Positions 30,808 through 41,434 of a stretch of DNA of 64,000 bases are shown here, one piece after another. Position 1 is the first letter of the stretch; every line of letters begins with the position of its first letter. This DNA comes from Thermodesulfobacteriota bacterium (GTDB lineage: Bacteria > Desulfobacterota_D > UBA1144 > Nemesobacterales > Mycalebacteriaceae): assembly GCA_965226585.1 (NCBI GenBank), contig OZ245366.1:736001-800000 (forward strand), read 5' to 3'. Both the position numbers and the translations under genes were made by a program. Below the pieces are notes generated by a model. The model worked only from the letters and a program-made list of their open reading frames with translations, had not been told where the DNA came from and ran no database searches.

Positions 30808-31758
30808 CTAAAACAGTCCCGCTATGGAATCCGTGAGTTGATTTACAAAGTCCTGCTGAATGTCTTCAAACACAATCAGTTTGCCTTTCGCCTTGCCTGT
30901 AACTCTGGTCTGGTAACTCTTCCACTCGCTGGTTTCCGAGTAGCTTTGCGTTTCTTTGCGCGAGAAAATGCTTTTAGACGAACCCTTGTTGTCGCCAAGG
31001 TCTGATGAGTGCCCCAAATCCTGAGAAGATGAAGAACCGGTGGAACCCTTGATGTTCACCTTGCCCTGAGCGCGCTCCCTCAGCTGAATATCAACCACAA
31101 GGGAGAAGTATTTAATCCACTGCTTCGCGGCAAGCCTGCGGGCGCGTTCGCGCTGGTTGAGCGCCTCGCCTATCCCGCCAATCGCGCCGCCCACAAGGCC
31201 TCCGGCAACCGCCTCTCCGGTAATGTCGCCGTCACCAAGCAGGGCTCCGGCTCCGGCTCCGAGCGCGCCGCCCACAAGTATTCCTCTTGCGGTTTTGCTC
31301 AAACTGAACCCGTATTTTGTCTCATCAATTTTGGCAAGTTCCGCGGCGGAAACTTCATCGGCAAACAGCACATTCGCCTGTAAAACATAAGTCGCCTTTT
31401 TTGCGTTCCGTGTCAGTTTGTATCCGAGGTTGCGCAGTTTTTCGGCAACCGCCTTTTGAAGGTCTATCTTCTTGCCCGAAGTGTTGCGGACGCGCACATA
31501 AACAGTCGGGTTGTCCACCTCAGGCGGGTTAAGGAAAATGCTGTCCGCCATACGGATGCGGATGTACTCAACGGACGGCTCTTTCGGTATTCCAATTTCG
31601 GGGGCAACTTTTACGCCCGTTGATGTTTGCTTTCTTGCCGCCTCTTCAGACGGTTTGAATTTTGGAGTTATGCAACCGGAAACAACAAGTGAGACGGTAA
31701 GCGCGATAATCCCCGCTCTTCGGGTTGACAGTTGAAAGAAACTTTTGACATTGAACAT
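30808..31758 (-). CDS. TraT-like complement-resistance lipoprotein
   Basis: Lipobox VSGC; M.DSIFL.P, VYV.VRNTS, A.Y.LQANVL, Gly zipper, D.Q..ER, YQTRV and SIAGLF. Confidence 0.85.
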   Translation of the reverse strand: MFNVKSFFQLSTRRAGIIALTVSLVVSGCITPKFKPSEEAARKQTSTGVKVAPEIGIPKEPSVEYIRIRMADSIFLNPPEVDNPTVYVRVRNTSGKKIDLQKAVAEKLRNLGYKLTRNAKKATYVLQANVLFADEVSAAELAKIDETKYGFSLSKTARGILVGGALGAGAGALLGDGDITGEAVAGGLVGGAIGGIGEALNQRERARRLAAKQWIKYFSLVVDIQLRERAQGKVNIKGSTGSSSSQDLGHSSDLGDNKGSSKSIFSRKETQSYSETSEWKSYQTRVTGKAKGKLIVFEDIQQDFVNQLTDSIAGLF

Positions 31759-31842
31759 TTAAGAACCCCCTTTCCAGATAATTGCCCTGACTCAAAACTA
31801 ACAAGCGAGCAAGCGGTTTTCAAGGTGTAGTGTCTTACCCCA

Positions 31843-31876
31843 CAAAAAAACGCCGTGTGAAAACGGCGTTTTTTGC
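31843..31876 (-). terminator. intrinsic terminator of glnA (bidirectional shape)
   Basis: AAAAAAACGCCGT-loop-ACGGCGTTTTTT. Confidence 0.8.
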
Positions 31877-31896
31877 AATCAGTCCGATACTGTTAA

Positions 31897-33363
31897 TCAA
31901 ACATCAAAGTAGAGCGTGAACTCATGGGGAACGGGTCTCAGCCGTATGGGGTTGACCTCATTCTCCATTTTGTATGACACCCAAGTATCCAGCAGGTCTT
32001 CATCAAACACTCCGCCCCTGAGAAGGAAGTCATGGTCTTTCTCAAGCGCCTTGAGCGCGTCTTCAAGAGAGGCGGGAACCGAAGGAATGTTCTTAAGCTC
32101 TTCGGGACCCAGAGCGTAGATGTCTTTGTCCATCGGCTCTCCGGGGTTTATCTTGTTCTCAATCCCGTCAAGCCCCGCCATCAGCATCGCGGAAAATGTC
32201 AGATACCCGTTGCATGAAGGGTCGGGGAATCTGCATTCAAGCCGCTTCGCCTTCGGGCTGGGGGAATACATCGGAATCCTTACCGCCGCGCTTCTGTTCC
32301 TCGCCGAGTAGGCAAGATTCACCGGCGCTTCAAATCCCGGCACAAGACGCCTGTATGAGTTTGTCGTTGAGTTGCTGAACGCGCATATTGCCCGCGCGTG
32401 CTTCAGTATGCCGCCAATGTAATGCATGGCGGTTTCGCTCATTCCGGCATACCCGTTGCCCGCGAAAAGCGGCTTGCCTTTCTTCCACAGCGACTGGTGA
32501 ACATGCATTCCGGAGCCGTTGTCATCAAACAGCGGTTTGGGCATAAACGTTACGGTTTTGCCGTGAGCGCGCGCCACATTGCGGCAGATGTATTTGTACC
32601 ACATCATCTGGTCGCCCATGGTGAGCAGGGGGGCGAATTTCATGTCAATCTCCGCCTGTCCGCCCGTGGCAACTTCGTGGTGGTGCGCCTCAACAACAAT
32701 GCCGAGATTCCGCATAACGGAAACCATTTCCGAGCGCAGGTCGTGGTGGCTGTCAGCCGGGGGCAGGGGGAAGTATCCCTCTTTGTGCCTCAGTTTGTAG
32801 GCAAGGTTCGGGTAGTCATCGTTTCCGGAGTTCCAAATGCCCTCGTCTGAGTCCATACGGTAGTAGCCGGAGTTTGAAGTCTGGTCGTAAACCACATCTT
32901 CAAAAATGAAAAACTCAAGTTCGGGACCGAAGTACGCCACATCCGCTATTCCGGTGCTTTTCATGTAGGCGTTGGCTTTTACCGCCGTGTTTCTGGGGTC
33001 GCGAGAGTAGGGCTCTTTTGTAATCGGGTCTTGAATGTCGCAGAGAAGGGCAACCGTGGTCTGTTCCATAAAGGGGTCAACCCGCACGGTTGAAGGATCC
33101 GGCACGGTGAGCATATCGCTTGAGTTGATTGCTTTCCAGCCCCTGATGCTTGAGCCGTCAAAACCCATTCCGTCTTCAAACACACTCGCCTCAAACTCCG
33201 ATGCCGGCACGGTGAAATGCTGCCACATTCCAACAAAATCAAGGAAGCGCAGGTCTATAAACTCCGCCTTGCTGTCTTTGATGAGTTTCATCGCTTTCGC
33301 TATTTCCGTTTTGTTGGGCTTAATGCCGCTCGCAGACGTTTTTTTTGTTCTTTTTACAGCCAC
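31897..33363 (-). CDS. glnA: glutamine synthetase type I
   Basis: FDGSSI.GW, HHHEVA, FMPKP..DNGSGMH and PGFEAP; AAGGAG RBS with GTG start. Confidence 0.98.
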   Translation of the reverse strand: MAVKRTKKTSASGIKPNKTEIAKAMKLIKDSKAEFIDLRFLDFVGMWQHFTVPASEFEASVFEDGMGFDGSSIRGWKAINSSDMLTVPDPSTVRVDPFMEQTTVALLCDIQDPITKEPYSRDPRNTAVKANAYMKSTGIADVAYFGPELEFFIFEDVVYDQTSNSGYYRMDSDEGIWNSGNDDYPNLAYKLRHKEGYFPLPPADSHHDLRSEMVSVMRNLGIVVEAHHHEVATGGQAEIDMKFAPLLTMGDQMMWYKYICRNVARAHGKTVTFMPKPLFDDNGSGMHVHQSLWKKGKPLFAGNGYAGMSETAMHYIGGILKHARAICAFSNSTTNSYRRLVPGFEAPVNLAYSARNRSAAVRIPMYSPSPKAKRLECRFPDPSCNGYLTFSAMLMAGLDGIENKINPGEPMDKDIYALGPEELKNIPSVPASLEDALKALEKDHDFLLRGGVFDEDLLDTWVSYKMENEVNPIRLRPVPHEFTLYFDV

Positions 33364-33501
33364 TTTTTTCTCCTTGTTAAAATTAAGACAGCCCGGAAGA
33401 CCGCCTCTGATACTTTTACCGCCGTCCGGTAATCACGCGCAAATCCTACATAAACCCGCCCGTCTCGTCAAACCCGCCGCCCCGCCCTCTGCGGGTGTAT
33501 A

Positions 33502-34167
33502 ATGTTCCAAATGAAAAGTCCGAAAATCAAATACAAGTTCAAAGACAAGGGGCTTCTCACCGCCTCCCTCACCCACCCCTCGCGCAGAAACGAAAAGGGC
33601 GGCGATGTTGACAATCAGCGTCTTGAGTTCCTCGGCGACTCGGTTGTCGGGTGCGTTGCTTCAGAGGTTTTGTGGGAAATCTTCCCGGACGCTTCCGAAG
33701 GGGATATGTCTATAAAGAAAAGTTCCGTTGTAAGCGGGCGCAATCTCGCGGGCTATGCGCGGAAGATAAATCTGGGCGGGTGTCTTCTTCTTGGAAAGGG
33801 TGAAGAAAAGGAGGACGGCAGAGACAGGGATTCAAACCTCGCAGACGCTTTTGAAGCTCTCGCGGGGGCGGTGTTTCTTGACGGCGGCTACAAAGCCGCG
33901 CGGGATTTTCTGTCGGAACTGATACTTGGCAACAAAGAGCAGTGGAGCGAACTGTCGGACTACAAATCGGAACTGCAAAAGGTTTTTCACAAAAAAAACG
34001 GCTCTCTTCCCGTCTATAAAACCGAGGAGACCGGCGGCGGGGCGAGGGGCAAATATTTTTTCAGCGAAGTTGGAGACGGAGAAGAGATACTTGGAAGAGG
34101 GCAGGGTGAAAATAAAAAAGAGGCGGAACAGCGCGCCGCGAGAGAGGCGCTTGAAAACATCTCTTAA
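33502..34167 (+). CDS. rnc: ribonuclease III
   Basis: NQRLEFLGD, ADAFEA..GA.FLD and dsRBD DYKS.LQ...KKEAEQ.AA. Confidence 0.96.
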   Translation: MFQMKSPKIKYKFKDKGLLTASLTHPSRRNEKGGDVDNQRLEFLGDSVVGCVASEVLWEIFPDASEGDMSIKKSSVVSGRNLAGYARKINLGGCLLLGKGEEKEDGRDRDSNLADAFEALAGAVFLDGGYKAARDFLSELILGNKEQWSELSDYKSELQKVFHKKNGSLPVYKTEETGGGARGKYFFSEVGDGEEILGRGQGENKKEAEQRAAREALENIS

Positions 34168-35453
34168 ATGTCTTCCACTCTCAGCAGGATTGACGGCATT
34201 TTGGTTACATTTTTCTCAATTCCCGCCACCGCTTTTTTCATGTTCTTTTCAGTTGTCCGGCGTGTCATTATCACAACGGGAACTCTGCCGCCCGCGCCGC
34301 CCGGTTTTTGTATTACAGACTGTATGCTGATTCCCGATTTCCCCAGAACGGCTGATATTTTTCCCAATATGCCGGGTTTGTCTTCCGCCTGAAATCTGGC
34401 GTAAAACCTGCCCGTTACTTCGCCGCGCGGGGCGAGTTTCAAGCCCTTTCCGCTTGCCGGAAAAGAGATGGCGGGAGTTTCCGCCCCTCGCGCTATTCTC
34501 ACAATATCGCTCACAACCGCGCTTGCGGTCGGCATCATTCCCGCTCCCATTCCGTAAAACATCGCGGGACCCACGGCGTCTCCCTCAACGCGTACTGTGT
34601 TGAAAGCCCCTCCGGCAGATGCTATCTGAGTGTCTGCCGCGACAAGGGCGGGATACACGCCCGCCTCAATTCCTCCGCGCGCCGCCCTTGCCGCCGCAAG
34701 CGGTTTTATTTTGTATCCAAGTTCCGCTGAGTATGAAATATCCGCCGGAGTAACGGCGTTTATTCCCTCAACCGTCAGGTCTTTCAGTTTGAAAAGTTTT
34801 CCCCACGCGAGCGCGATAAGTATCAAAAGTTTGTGCGCCGAGTCCGTTCCGTTCACGTCAAAAGAAGGGTCGGCTTCGGCGTAGCCCTCTCGTTTTGCGT
34901 CTGTGAGAGCATCTTTGAACGGTTTTTTCTCTTCAGACATTTTGTGCAGAATGTAGTTTGAAGTTCCGTTCAGTATGCCTCTGACGGATTTAATTTTGTT
35001 TGCGCACAGTCCTTCGCTCAGCCCCAGAATAAGAGGAATTCCCCCCGCAACGCTTGCTTCAAATCCCACTTCCGTTCCGTGTTTTGAGGCGGCGGAGAAA
35101 ATCTCCGCGCCCCGGTGAGCGAGCAACGCTTTGTTTGCCGTAACAAGGTGTTTGCCGTTTTTCAGAGCCGCAAGCGCGAAGTCTCCCGCCACGGCTGTGC
35201 CGCCGACAAGTTCAACTGCGATGTCAATTTCGGGGTCGTTTATCAGTTCATAGGCATCTTTTGTGAAAAGGTTTTTCGGTATTTTGACGGGTCTTTTTCT
35301 GTTCGGGTCTATGTCCGCCACGCGGCTGATTGAGAGGTCAATGCCCGTTTTTTCTTTCACGATTTTGCGGTTTCGTCTGACAACCTCAAAAACCCCGCAC
35401 CCGACCGTGCCGGCTCCTATGAGCCCGATTTTTATTTTTTTCCCGTTTTTCAT
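34164..35453 (-). CDS. hom: homoserine dehydrogenase with ACT domain
   Basis: GAGTVG, VTANKA, FEASVAGGIP, GILNGT, GYAEADP and C-terminal ACT DKPG.L. Confidence 0.96.
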   Translation of the reverse strand: MKNGKKIKIGLIGAGTVGCGVFEVVRRNRKIVKEKTGIDLSISRVADIDPNRKRPVKIPKNLFTKDAYELINDPEIDIAVELVGGTAVAGDFALAALKNGKHLVTANKALLAHRGAEIFSAASKHGTEVGFEASVAGGIPLILGLSEGLCANKIKSVRGILNGTSNYILHKMSEEKKPFKDALTDAKREGYAEADPSFDVNGTDSAHKLLILIALAWGKLFKLKDLTVEGINAVTPADISYSAELGYKIKPLAAARAARGGIEAGVYPALVAADTQIASAGGAFNTVRVEGDAVGPAMFYGMGAGMMPTASAVVSDIVRIARGAETPAISFPASGKGLKLAPRGEVTGRFYARFQAEDKPGILGKISAVLGKSGISIQSVIQKPGGAGGRVPVVIMTRRTTEKNMKKAVAGIEKNVTKMPSILLRVEDI

Positions 35454-35461
35454 TGAGTAAG

Positions 35462-35697
35462 CCCCGTTATTCCTGTTCCTTCTCCGTCATGCCCGCTTTT
35501 TATAACCTCCGGCGAAATAGAGAGGGTGGAAATTAGTTGAGATAACCCTACTGTTTGAGGGGTTTGTGTCAAAGTTTCAGAGGGTGAATGTAATACTGGA
35601 TTCCTGCTTTCGCAGGAATGACGGGAGAGAGGCAGGAATGACGGGAGGGGTAACGGAATGACGGGAGAGGTAACGGAATGACGAGAGGGCAACGGGA
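35462..35697. repeat. palindromic REP/dRS3-like repeat cluster upstream of the autotransporters
   Basis: TAATACTGGATTCCTGCTTTCGCAGGAATGACG at 35591, followed by three more GGAATGACG units; degenerate CCGTTATTCC / CCGTCATGCC copies at 35464-35493. Confidence 0.85.
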
Positions 35698-35698
35698 T

Positions 35699-35727
35699 TT
35701 TACCCCCCCCCTATTTAATGGTAGTGT
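35699..35727 (+). promoter_or_regulatory. putative sigma70 promoter with poly-C tract in the spacer
   Basis: TTTACC (35699-704), 17 bp, TAGTGT (35722-27) with an extended -10 TG; C9 run at 35703-35711. Confidence 0.45.
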
Positions 35728-35749
35728 TACTCGTTTCAGGAAAAATGAA

Positions 35750-38700
35750 TTGCGCGGATATTCAACAACACTTATTCTGCTCGCTCTTGTATTGGCGGTT
35801 CCCGCACCGTCCTCTCATGCGGACACATACTTTTGCAAATTAGCAGATTCCTCAAGTAACACATCGCTTACCTGCAACTTACCCCCGGACGAAACAGCTG
35901 ACAGTATTGAGATACAGGTTTCTAACTCCTCATTTGACGACCTGCCGGACGGAGAATCCGCGATTAACGCCGCAGTGAACGGAAGCGTTGATGTGAGAAT
36001 CATCATGACAGAATCCAGTATAAACGCCACTGGAGGCAACACCGTGCAGGCGGTTTCGGAAGACGGGGACGTATCAGCAGAGGTTAGCAATATTTCATAC
36101 ATACGGACGGGAGGCGGCGGTGGCGGAAACGCGCTTTTCGCAGAAACTGTCAATGGCAACATAAACGCGACATTCACCGGACAAGGCGGAATTATGTCGA
36201 AAGAAAGTGAAGGCGCGAACGGCTTTTTGGCACAAACGCAAACCGGAGACATCACGGCAACTTTTGACAGACTGTTTTCGGGAATCTTTATGTTCCCCAG
36301 AGGCAAACGCGACACCTACTCAAATGGCAAAGGCGCGACATTCACAAGCGCAAGCGGCAATATAAATGTTTTGCTGACAAATACTGCGTCAATCTTAGCG
36401 CCGTCTCTGGGAGATTCCCACGGCTTGGAGGCGGTAACGGGAGAGGACGGAGACATAAACATAGTGTTGCGAAATGGGGATTCGTGCATAGCCGGCAGAA
36501 ACGGGGCTATAGCCAGAACGGCTCAAGGAGATATTAATTTTCATCTTTCAGACGCACTGATTGTGGGATTGGACGGATACGGGATTAATGCAATATCAGC
36601 AGTGGACGGAAACATAGCCATCGTTGGTGAAAGAGGTTCGGTAATCGGCGGCGGCATTTACGCCACAACCGGAGGAATCCTGTCGGTAACATCGGAAGGA
36701 GAAGACGGTCTGAATGTGTGGACAAACGAAGATAGCCGCACCACAATACGGTCGACGGGTCAGGCAAAGATTTTCAACTCAAAAGTGTGGGCAAACGGCG
36801 CGCGTGCCTACACTTTTCTGGTCTTCAGAGGCGTGGAAATCACCGGCGCGCAAGTTTGGTCAAACGGCGCGGGTTCCACTTCAATCCGCGACTTTGGAAG
36901 TGGCAAGACTAAAACAGACATTTCAGGAAGCTCGCGGGTGTGGGCAAACGGCGCGAGCAGTTCTGCGGTTGCCACGTTCAGGGTAACGGCGAAAGGCTCG
37001 CAAGTGTGGGTGGAAGGCGATAACAGCAACGCGATACTGGCATTCTTTACGGCAGACATTTCAGGCGGCTCGCAGGTGTGGGCAAACGGCGCGAGCAGCT
37101 CTGCGGTTTATGGGGCAACGGCAACGGTGAACATAGCAAGCGGCTCGCGGGTGTGGGCAAACGGCGTGAACAGTTCTGCGGTTTCCGCAAGAACCGCAGA
37201 CATTTCAGGCGGCTCGCAAGTGTGGTCAAATGGCGCGAACAGCGACTCACTCAAGGCGGCGGACGCAGACATAAGCGGCTCACAGGTGTGGACGGAGGGA
37301 GACAACAGCAACGCAGTTGTTGTAACGAGAGCGGTGAACATAGCAAGCGGCTCGCAGGTGTGGTCAAGCGGGGCGAACAGCGACTCACTCAAGGCGGCGG
37401 ACGCAGACATAAGCGGCTCGCGGGTGTGGACGGAGGGAGACAACAGCAACGCGGTTGTTGTAACGGGAGCGGTGAACATAACAAGCGGCTCGCAGGTTTG
37501 GTCAAACGGCGTGAACAGTTCTGCGGTTGTGGCGGGAACCATCTTTGTCAACCAGTCTGAAGGGTGGAGGGAAAGCGGCTCAAGCCATGTGATAACGGGT
37601 GGAGGAGGAGCGTTTGACCTGAAGTTGTTTGATTCAAATATCTCGGCAAACGGCGGCGGAAACGGCTCGCTGATTTTTGTTGACGGCGGCGGGAGCGACA
37701 TAACCGTCTTTGCCTCCAACCTGACAGCTCTTCCGTTCCGCAACACAATGGATTTGTCATCAAACGGCGGGATAACCGTGAGTCTGTTTAACGAGTCGAA
37801 ACTGAACAGGGGATCAAGCGACGCAACCACCCTCAACGCGCTTGGCAGAAACAGGGACGTGACAGTAACAACGACAGACTCAACCATTAATGCGGCTTCA
37901 GGGGCAACCGCCCTTCGGGCTGTAACCACCGGAAGCGGGAAAACGCGTATTGACATCAACGGAAACGCCGTTGTTGCCGCCTACGGGCAACCGGAAGCGG
38001 ACGGAGGAACCGCAGTAAGGGCTCATTCGCAGACAAGTGAAGTAACGCTGTATATGAGAGGGACTTCAAAGGCATTCACAGACTCTGCGGGAGGCAACTC
38101 GGTTCACCTGTCATCAAACTACACCGTGGCTCAGAACCCGCCGAGCTCATATGCCGGCGGCAACCGGGCGGTTACTGCCGCGCTTGAAGGTAACGCCAGT
38201 ATTTCCGCATCCGGAGACGGAGCCAATGCTCTGTTTATTGAAGGTCCCGAAACAACCGAAAGACTTGAACTTGTTATGGGCGGGGCGTCAAAAATTTTCG
38301 TAACCGGCAAAGGCAACGCCGCAGTAATAAACAGTAACGGAAAGGTGAGGACGGCAATATCGGGCAATTCGCAAATTTACGCGGCGCGGGAGGGCAGTTC
38401 CGCGCTGTTTGCCACCTCAAACTCAAGCAGTAGTAGAAACTTTGATAACTTGGACATAAGCGTGAGCGGCGCGGCGCGGATTTTCACAAACGGAGCGGAC
38501 AGCGACACGATAAGAACGAACAGCGCATCCATTCTTAACCCGGGAGGCTCTTTGCCGAAGGGGGCAATCTTCAGGTTGGAAGACAAAGCGCAAATTTACT
38601 CTGATGGAGATTCAAGCAACGCGATTTACCACGTTCAGCACACCAGACAAAGAGATGTTGACTTTCTAATTGCCGCCACCGCAAAACTGTTCGCAAACGG

Positions 38701-41407
38701 CGCAGACAGTTTTGCCCTCCACATACGGGAAGACTCCCAAACTATTACCGGTCGCAGTTATATTGGGGCAACTGTGGTTGTGAAGGATGAAGCGGAAATA
38801 TACGCAACGGGAGACAGAAGCGTTGCTCTACGGGCGGACATGAACGACGGAGATTTGATTTACGTCAACGTGAGCGATTCCGCAAAAATCTTCACAAACG
38901 GTGATTATTCGTCTGCGGTTGAAATGGATTTGCGTCATGCAAACATGACCTTCAACATGAGCGAAAGCGCGCAAGTATCCACGGCGGGAAATCACAGCAC
39001 AGCCATAAACGCGGCCGGCGACTTGATAACACCCTCCTTGACTCCTGTGGATTTTTTCTTATACGCCTCAAACACGGCGCAGATTTTAGCGGGCGATGCG
39101 GACAGCACAGCCGTGCGGTCGCAAATGGTTGACGGGGCGACAAAGATAATTGTTTCCGGCAAGGGTTCAATCACGGCGCAGGGAGCGCGCTCAGATGCCA
39201 TAAACGCGACATCGCTGGGCGGCGCAAGAGGCACAATAGGCATATATTTGAACGGCTCCGTGCCTTCCCCCGGAGAAACGGATAGTTCCGCTTCGGTGTA
39301 TCTGTCCACTAACGGTAGCAGTTCCGGCGTCATCAGAACACAAACCGTTGATGGCGATACAACGGTATTCATAGCGGGTGGCTCAAAGGTGTTTGCCTCA
39401 GGCGATATGTCGCGGGCAATATCCGCTGTAACAACAAACGGGGAAATTGATTTAACCGTTGGCGGGCAGGCAGAAGTGCGCGCAGAAGGCGAGGGAAGCT
39501 TGGCGGTGTTTTTCACCACCACCGGAAGCGGCAGCACAAAGATAACAACCGAATCCGGCGCCTCCGTAACGGGCAATGTGTCTCTTTCTGAAAACCGGGA
39601 TGTTTTTCACAACAATGGTTCATTTACCGGAAGTGGCAACACGGGCGATGACGATGATGTAGTGAACAACAAAGGAACCTTCACCCTCACCGGAGACTTT
39701 GACATGGGAGCCGGTGATGACACTTTTGTGAACATAGACGGCGGAATGGTAGTAGGCGATGACACTCACACAATAACGCCTACACCGACTACGGGAACAC
39801 AATCCTCTCCTTCCCGTCATTCCGCATCTTCACCATCCCGTCATTCCGTGCCTGACACGGAATCCAGTATTCAACTGGCTAACCAATACTGGATTCCTGC
39901 TTCCGCAGGAATGACGGAGGGGGCGGGAAACAGCCGTTTCCGCCTTTCTTCTGCAGACCCTGCCCCTGAGGACACAACCGCAACCATAAACTTCGGCGAT
40001 GGCGATGACCGTTTCATAAACAATGGCACAATCGTAATTCAAGACACAGGCGGATTTGCGGGACTGGAGAAAATAACCTTTGGAGAAAATTCAACCCTTG
40101 TTGTCTCGGCAGACCCTGAAGAGATGGCGGACAAACCGCTCATAGATATTGAAGGCGAGATAACTGCGGAAGATGTAAAAGGTTTTAATGTTGAAGTTGA
40201 TGTTCCCGGAACACATATAAACGAGTACACAATTTTTGAAGCGGATGACCTGCCGGGAGGCGAGGAAAGGCAAGAGGTTGTAGATATCATAAACGAGAAA
40301 ATAGGCGAGAGGGCAAGCGTTGAAGCAGACGGCAACGGCAATTTGTTTGTAACGGCAACATCGCACAAAGACACAAGTTTGGATGTATATGACGCGCTGA
40401 TACAGTCCGCCTATCGTTCAGACAGAAACTTTGCCGATAAGTTGGCAAGAGGATGCGGAACCAGCGGAGCGGCGAGTGATGAGATAGACGGAGAGTTTTG
40501 GACTGGCGGGTGTGTATGGGCAACATCGGGCGGAAGATACACAAGGCACACATCGGCAATACAATATGACGAGGATGTTTATTCCTTCACCGGCGGAGCA
40601 TCAGCCCCGTTCAGCGGAGTGCTTGTTTCAATTGCCGGCGGATATGAGATTTCCACCATAGATGCAAGCGCGGAGACGGAGATTGAGGATCCTGAAGGCG
40701 GCACTAACCACCTGCGCGGACTTGCTTCGGCGGGTGGAGACGCAACAAGGTTTATGGGCGGCATATTTGCCGAGGGTGTTATTGACGAGTTTGTTGTTGA
40801 CGGCAACCTGCGTTATGTGTCAACAAATTGGGAAGCGACCAGAACGGCGGACAGCGACAGTTATTCGGCTGATGTGGATGCCACAGTATTCGGCGGCGCA
40901 ATAGCCGTTACCAAGCCGTTTTTATCCGGCAAGTTTGCCTTACTGCCCCGTCTTGAGTTGGGAGCATCGTACATAACGGCGGACAAGTTCGTTGAGAATT
41001 CGCTCACAATAGGCACAGATGCGGATGATGCCGCAATGGACAAGTTTTATGTAGATGAGACGAGTGAGTTGTTGGTGTATGTAAGTCCGTCAATAGAAGC
41101 GCGGAGTCCTGTGAGTGAGATGTTAAGCATGTGGATGAGAGCTGGAGCGGATGTGCAGGTGCTAAACCCTGAATCTGAGATTGAGGGGCGGCTTATAAGA
41201 GACGGTGAAAATGACGGCGACGATTCTATTTCCACCATCGTCCCCAGAGACGGCACAATGGACAGGGTGATGTTCACCTACTCCGCCGGAATGGAATACA
41301 GTCCCTACGACCGTTTGAACATAAGCATAGAATACGGCGGCGGAACCAGCGCGAGTTTTAATACATTCGTGCAACAGTTCAGGGGCGGGGTTAATTACAA
41401 GTTTTAA
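35750..41407 (+). CDS. large autotransporter adhesin-like protein (beta-helix passenger plus C-terminal beta-barrel)
   Basis: Signal peptide from the TTG at 35750 (AGGA RBS); G/S/N/T-rich repeats; C-terminal barrel ending GVNYKF. The ATG at 35678 lies inside a repeat. Confidence 0.88.
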   Translation: MRGYSTTLILLALVLAVPAPSSHADTYFCKLADSSSNTSLTCNLPPDETADSIEIQVSNSSFDDLPDGESAINAAVNGSVDVRIIMTESSINATGGNTVQAVSEDGDVSAEVSNISYIRTGGGGGGNALFAETVNGNINATFTGQGGIMSKESEGANGFLAQTQTGDITATFDRLFSGIFMFPRGKRDTYSNGKGATFTSASGNINVLLTNTASILAPSLGDSHGLEAVTGEDGDINIVLRNGDSCIAGRNGAIARTAQGDINFHLSDALIVGLDGYGINAISAVDGNIAIVGERGSVIGGGIYATTGGILSVTSEGEDGLNVWTNEDSRTTIRSTGQAKIFNSKVWANGARAYTFLVFRGVEITGAQVWSNGAGSTSIRDFGSGKTKTDISGSSRVWANGASSSAVATFRVTAKGSQVWVEGDNSNAILAFFTADISGGSQVWANGASSSAVYGATATVNIASGSRVWANGVNSSAVSARTADISGGSQVWSNGANSDSLKAADADISGSQVWTEGDNSNAVVVTRAVNIASGSQVWSSGANSDSLKAADADISGSRVWTEGDNSNAVVVTGAVNITSGSQVWSNGVNSSAVVAGTIFVNQSEGWRESGSSHVITGGGGAFDLKLFDSNISANGGGNGSLIFVDGGGSDITVFASNLTALPFRNTMDLSSNGGITVSLFNESKLNRGSSDATTLNALGRNRDVTVTTTDSTINAASGATALRAVTTGSGKTRIDINGNAVVAAYGQPEADGGTAVRAHSQTSEVTLYMRGTSKAFTDSAGGNSVHLSSNYTVAQNPPSSYAGGNRAVTAALEGNASISASGDGANALFIEGPETTERLELVMGGASKIFVTGKGNAAVINSNGKVRTAISGNSQIYAAREGSSALFATSNSSSSRNFDNLDISVSGAARIFTNGADSDTIRTNSASILNPGGSLPKGAIFRLEDKAQIYSDGDSSNAIYHVQHTRQRDVDFLIAATAKLFANGADSFALHIREDSQTITGRSYIGATVVVKDEAEIYATGDRSVALRADMNDGDLIYVNVSDSAKIFTNGDYSSAVEMDLRHANMTFNMSESAQVSTAGNHSTAINAAGDLITPSLTPVDFFLYASNTAQILAGDADSTAVRSQMVDGATKIIVSGKGSITAQGARSDAINATSLGGARGTIGIYLNGSVPSPGETDSSASVYLSTNGSSSGVIRTQTVDGDTTVFIAGGSKVFASGDMSRAISAVTTNGEIDLTVGGQAEVRAEGEGSLAVFFTTTGSGSTKITTESGASVTGNVSLSENRDVFHNNGSFTGSGNTGDDDDVVNNKGTFTLTGDFDMGAGDDTFVNIDGGMVVGDDTHTITPTPTTGTQSSPSRHSASSPSRHSVPDTESSIQLANQYWIPASAGMTEGAGNSRFRLSSADPAPEDTTATINFGDGDDRFINNGTIVIQDTGGFAGLEKITFGENSTLVVSADPEEMADKPLIDIEGEITAEDVKGFNVEVDVPGTHINEYTIFEADDLPGGEERQEVVDIINEKIGERASVEADGNGNLFVTATSHKDTSLDVYDALIQSAYRSDRNFADKLARGCGTSGAASDEIDGEFWTGGCVWATSGGRYTRHTSAIQYDEDVYSFTGGASAPFSGVLVSIAGGYEISTIDASAETEIEDPEGGTNHLRGLASAGGDATRFMGGIFAEGVIDEFVVDGNLRYVSTNWEATRTADSDSYSADVDATVFGGAIAVTKPFLSGKFALLPRLELGASYITADKFVENSLTIGTDADDAAMDKFYVDETSELLVYVSPSIEARSPVSEMLSMWMRAGADVQVLNPESEIEGRLIRDGENDGDDSISTIVPRDGTMDRVMFTYSAGMEYSPYDRLNISIEYGGGTSASFNTFVQQFRGGVNYKF
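37211..37486 (+). repeat. 138-bp tandem duplication inside the autotransporter passenger
   Basis: Two near-identical 46-codon units starting at 37211 and 37349, within a longer series of GS(Q/R)VW.NG repeats. Confidence 0.85.
39811..39917. repeat. in-frame palindromic element inside autotransporter 1
   Basis: 80-bp core 39838-39917 differs by one base from the intergenic copy at 44761-44840; translated as SRHSVPDTESSIQLANQYWIPASAGMT. Confidence 0.92.
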
Positions 41408-41434
41408 GACCACTCCCATTGAGGATTCGGTATC

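Noticed and set aside
35678..35749. ATG 35678 as the autotransporter start
   Set aside because: It lies inside a GGAATGACG repeat; TTG 35750 has an RBS and gives a normal signal peptide.
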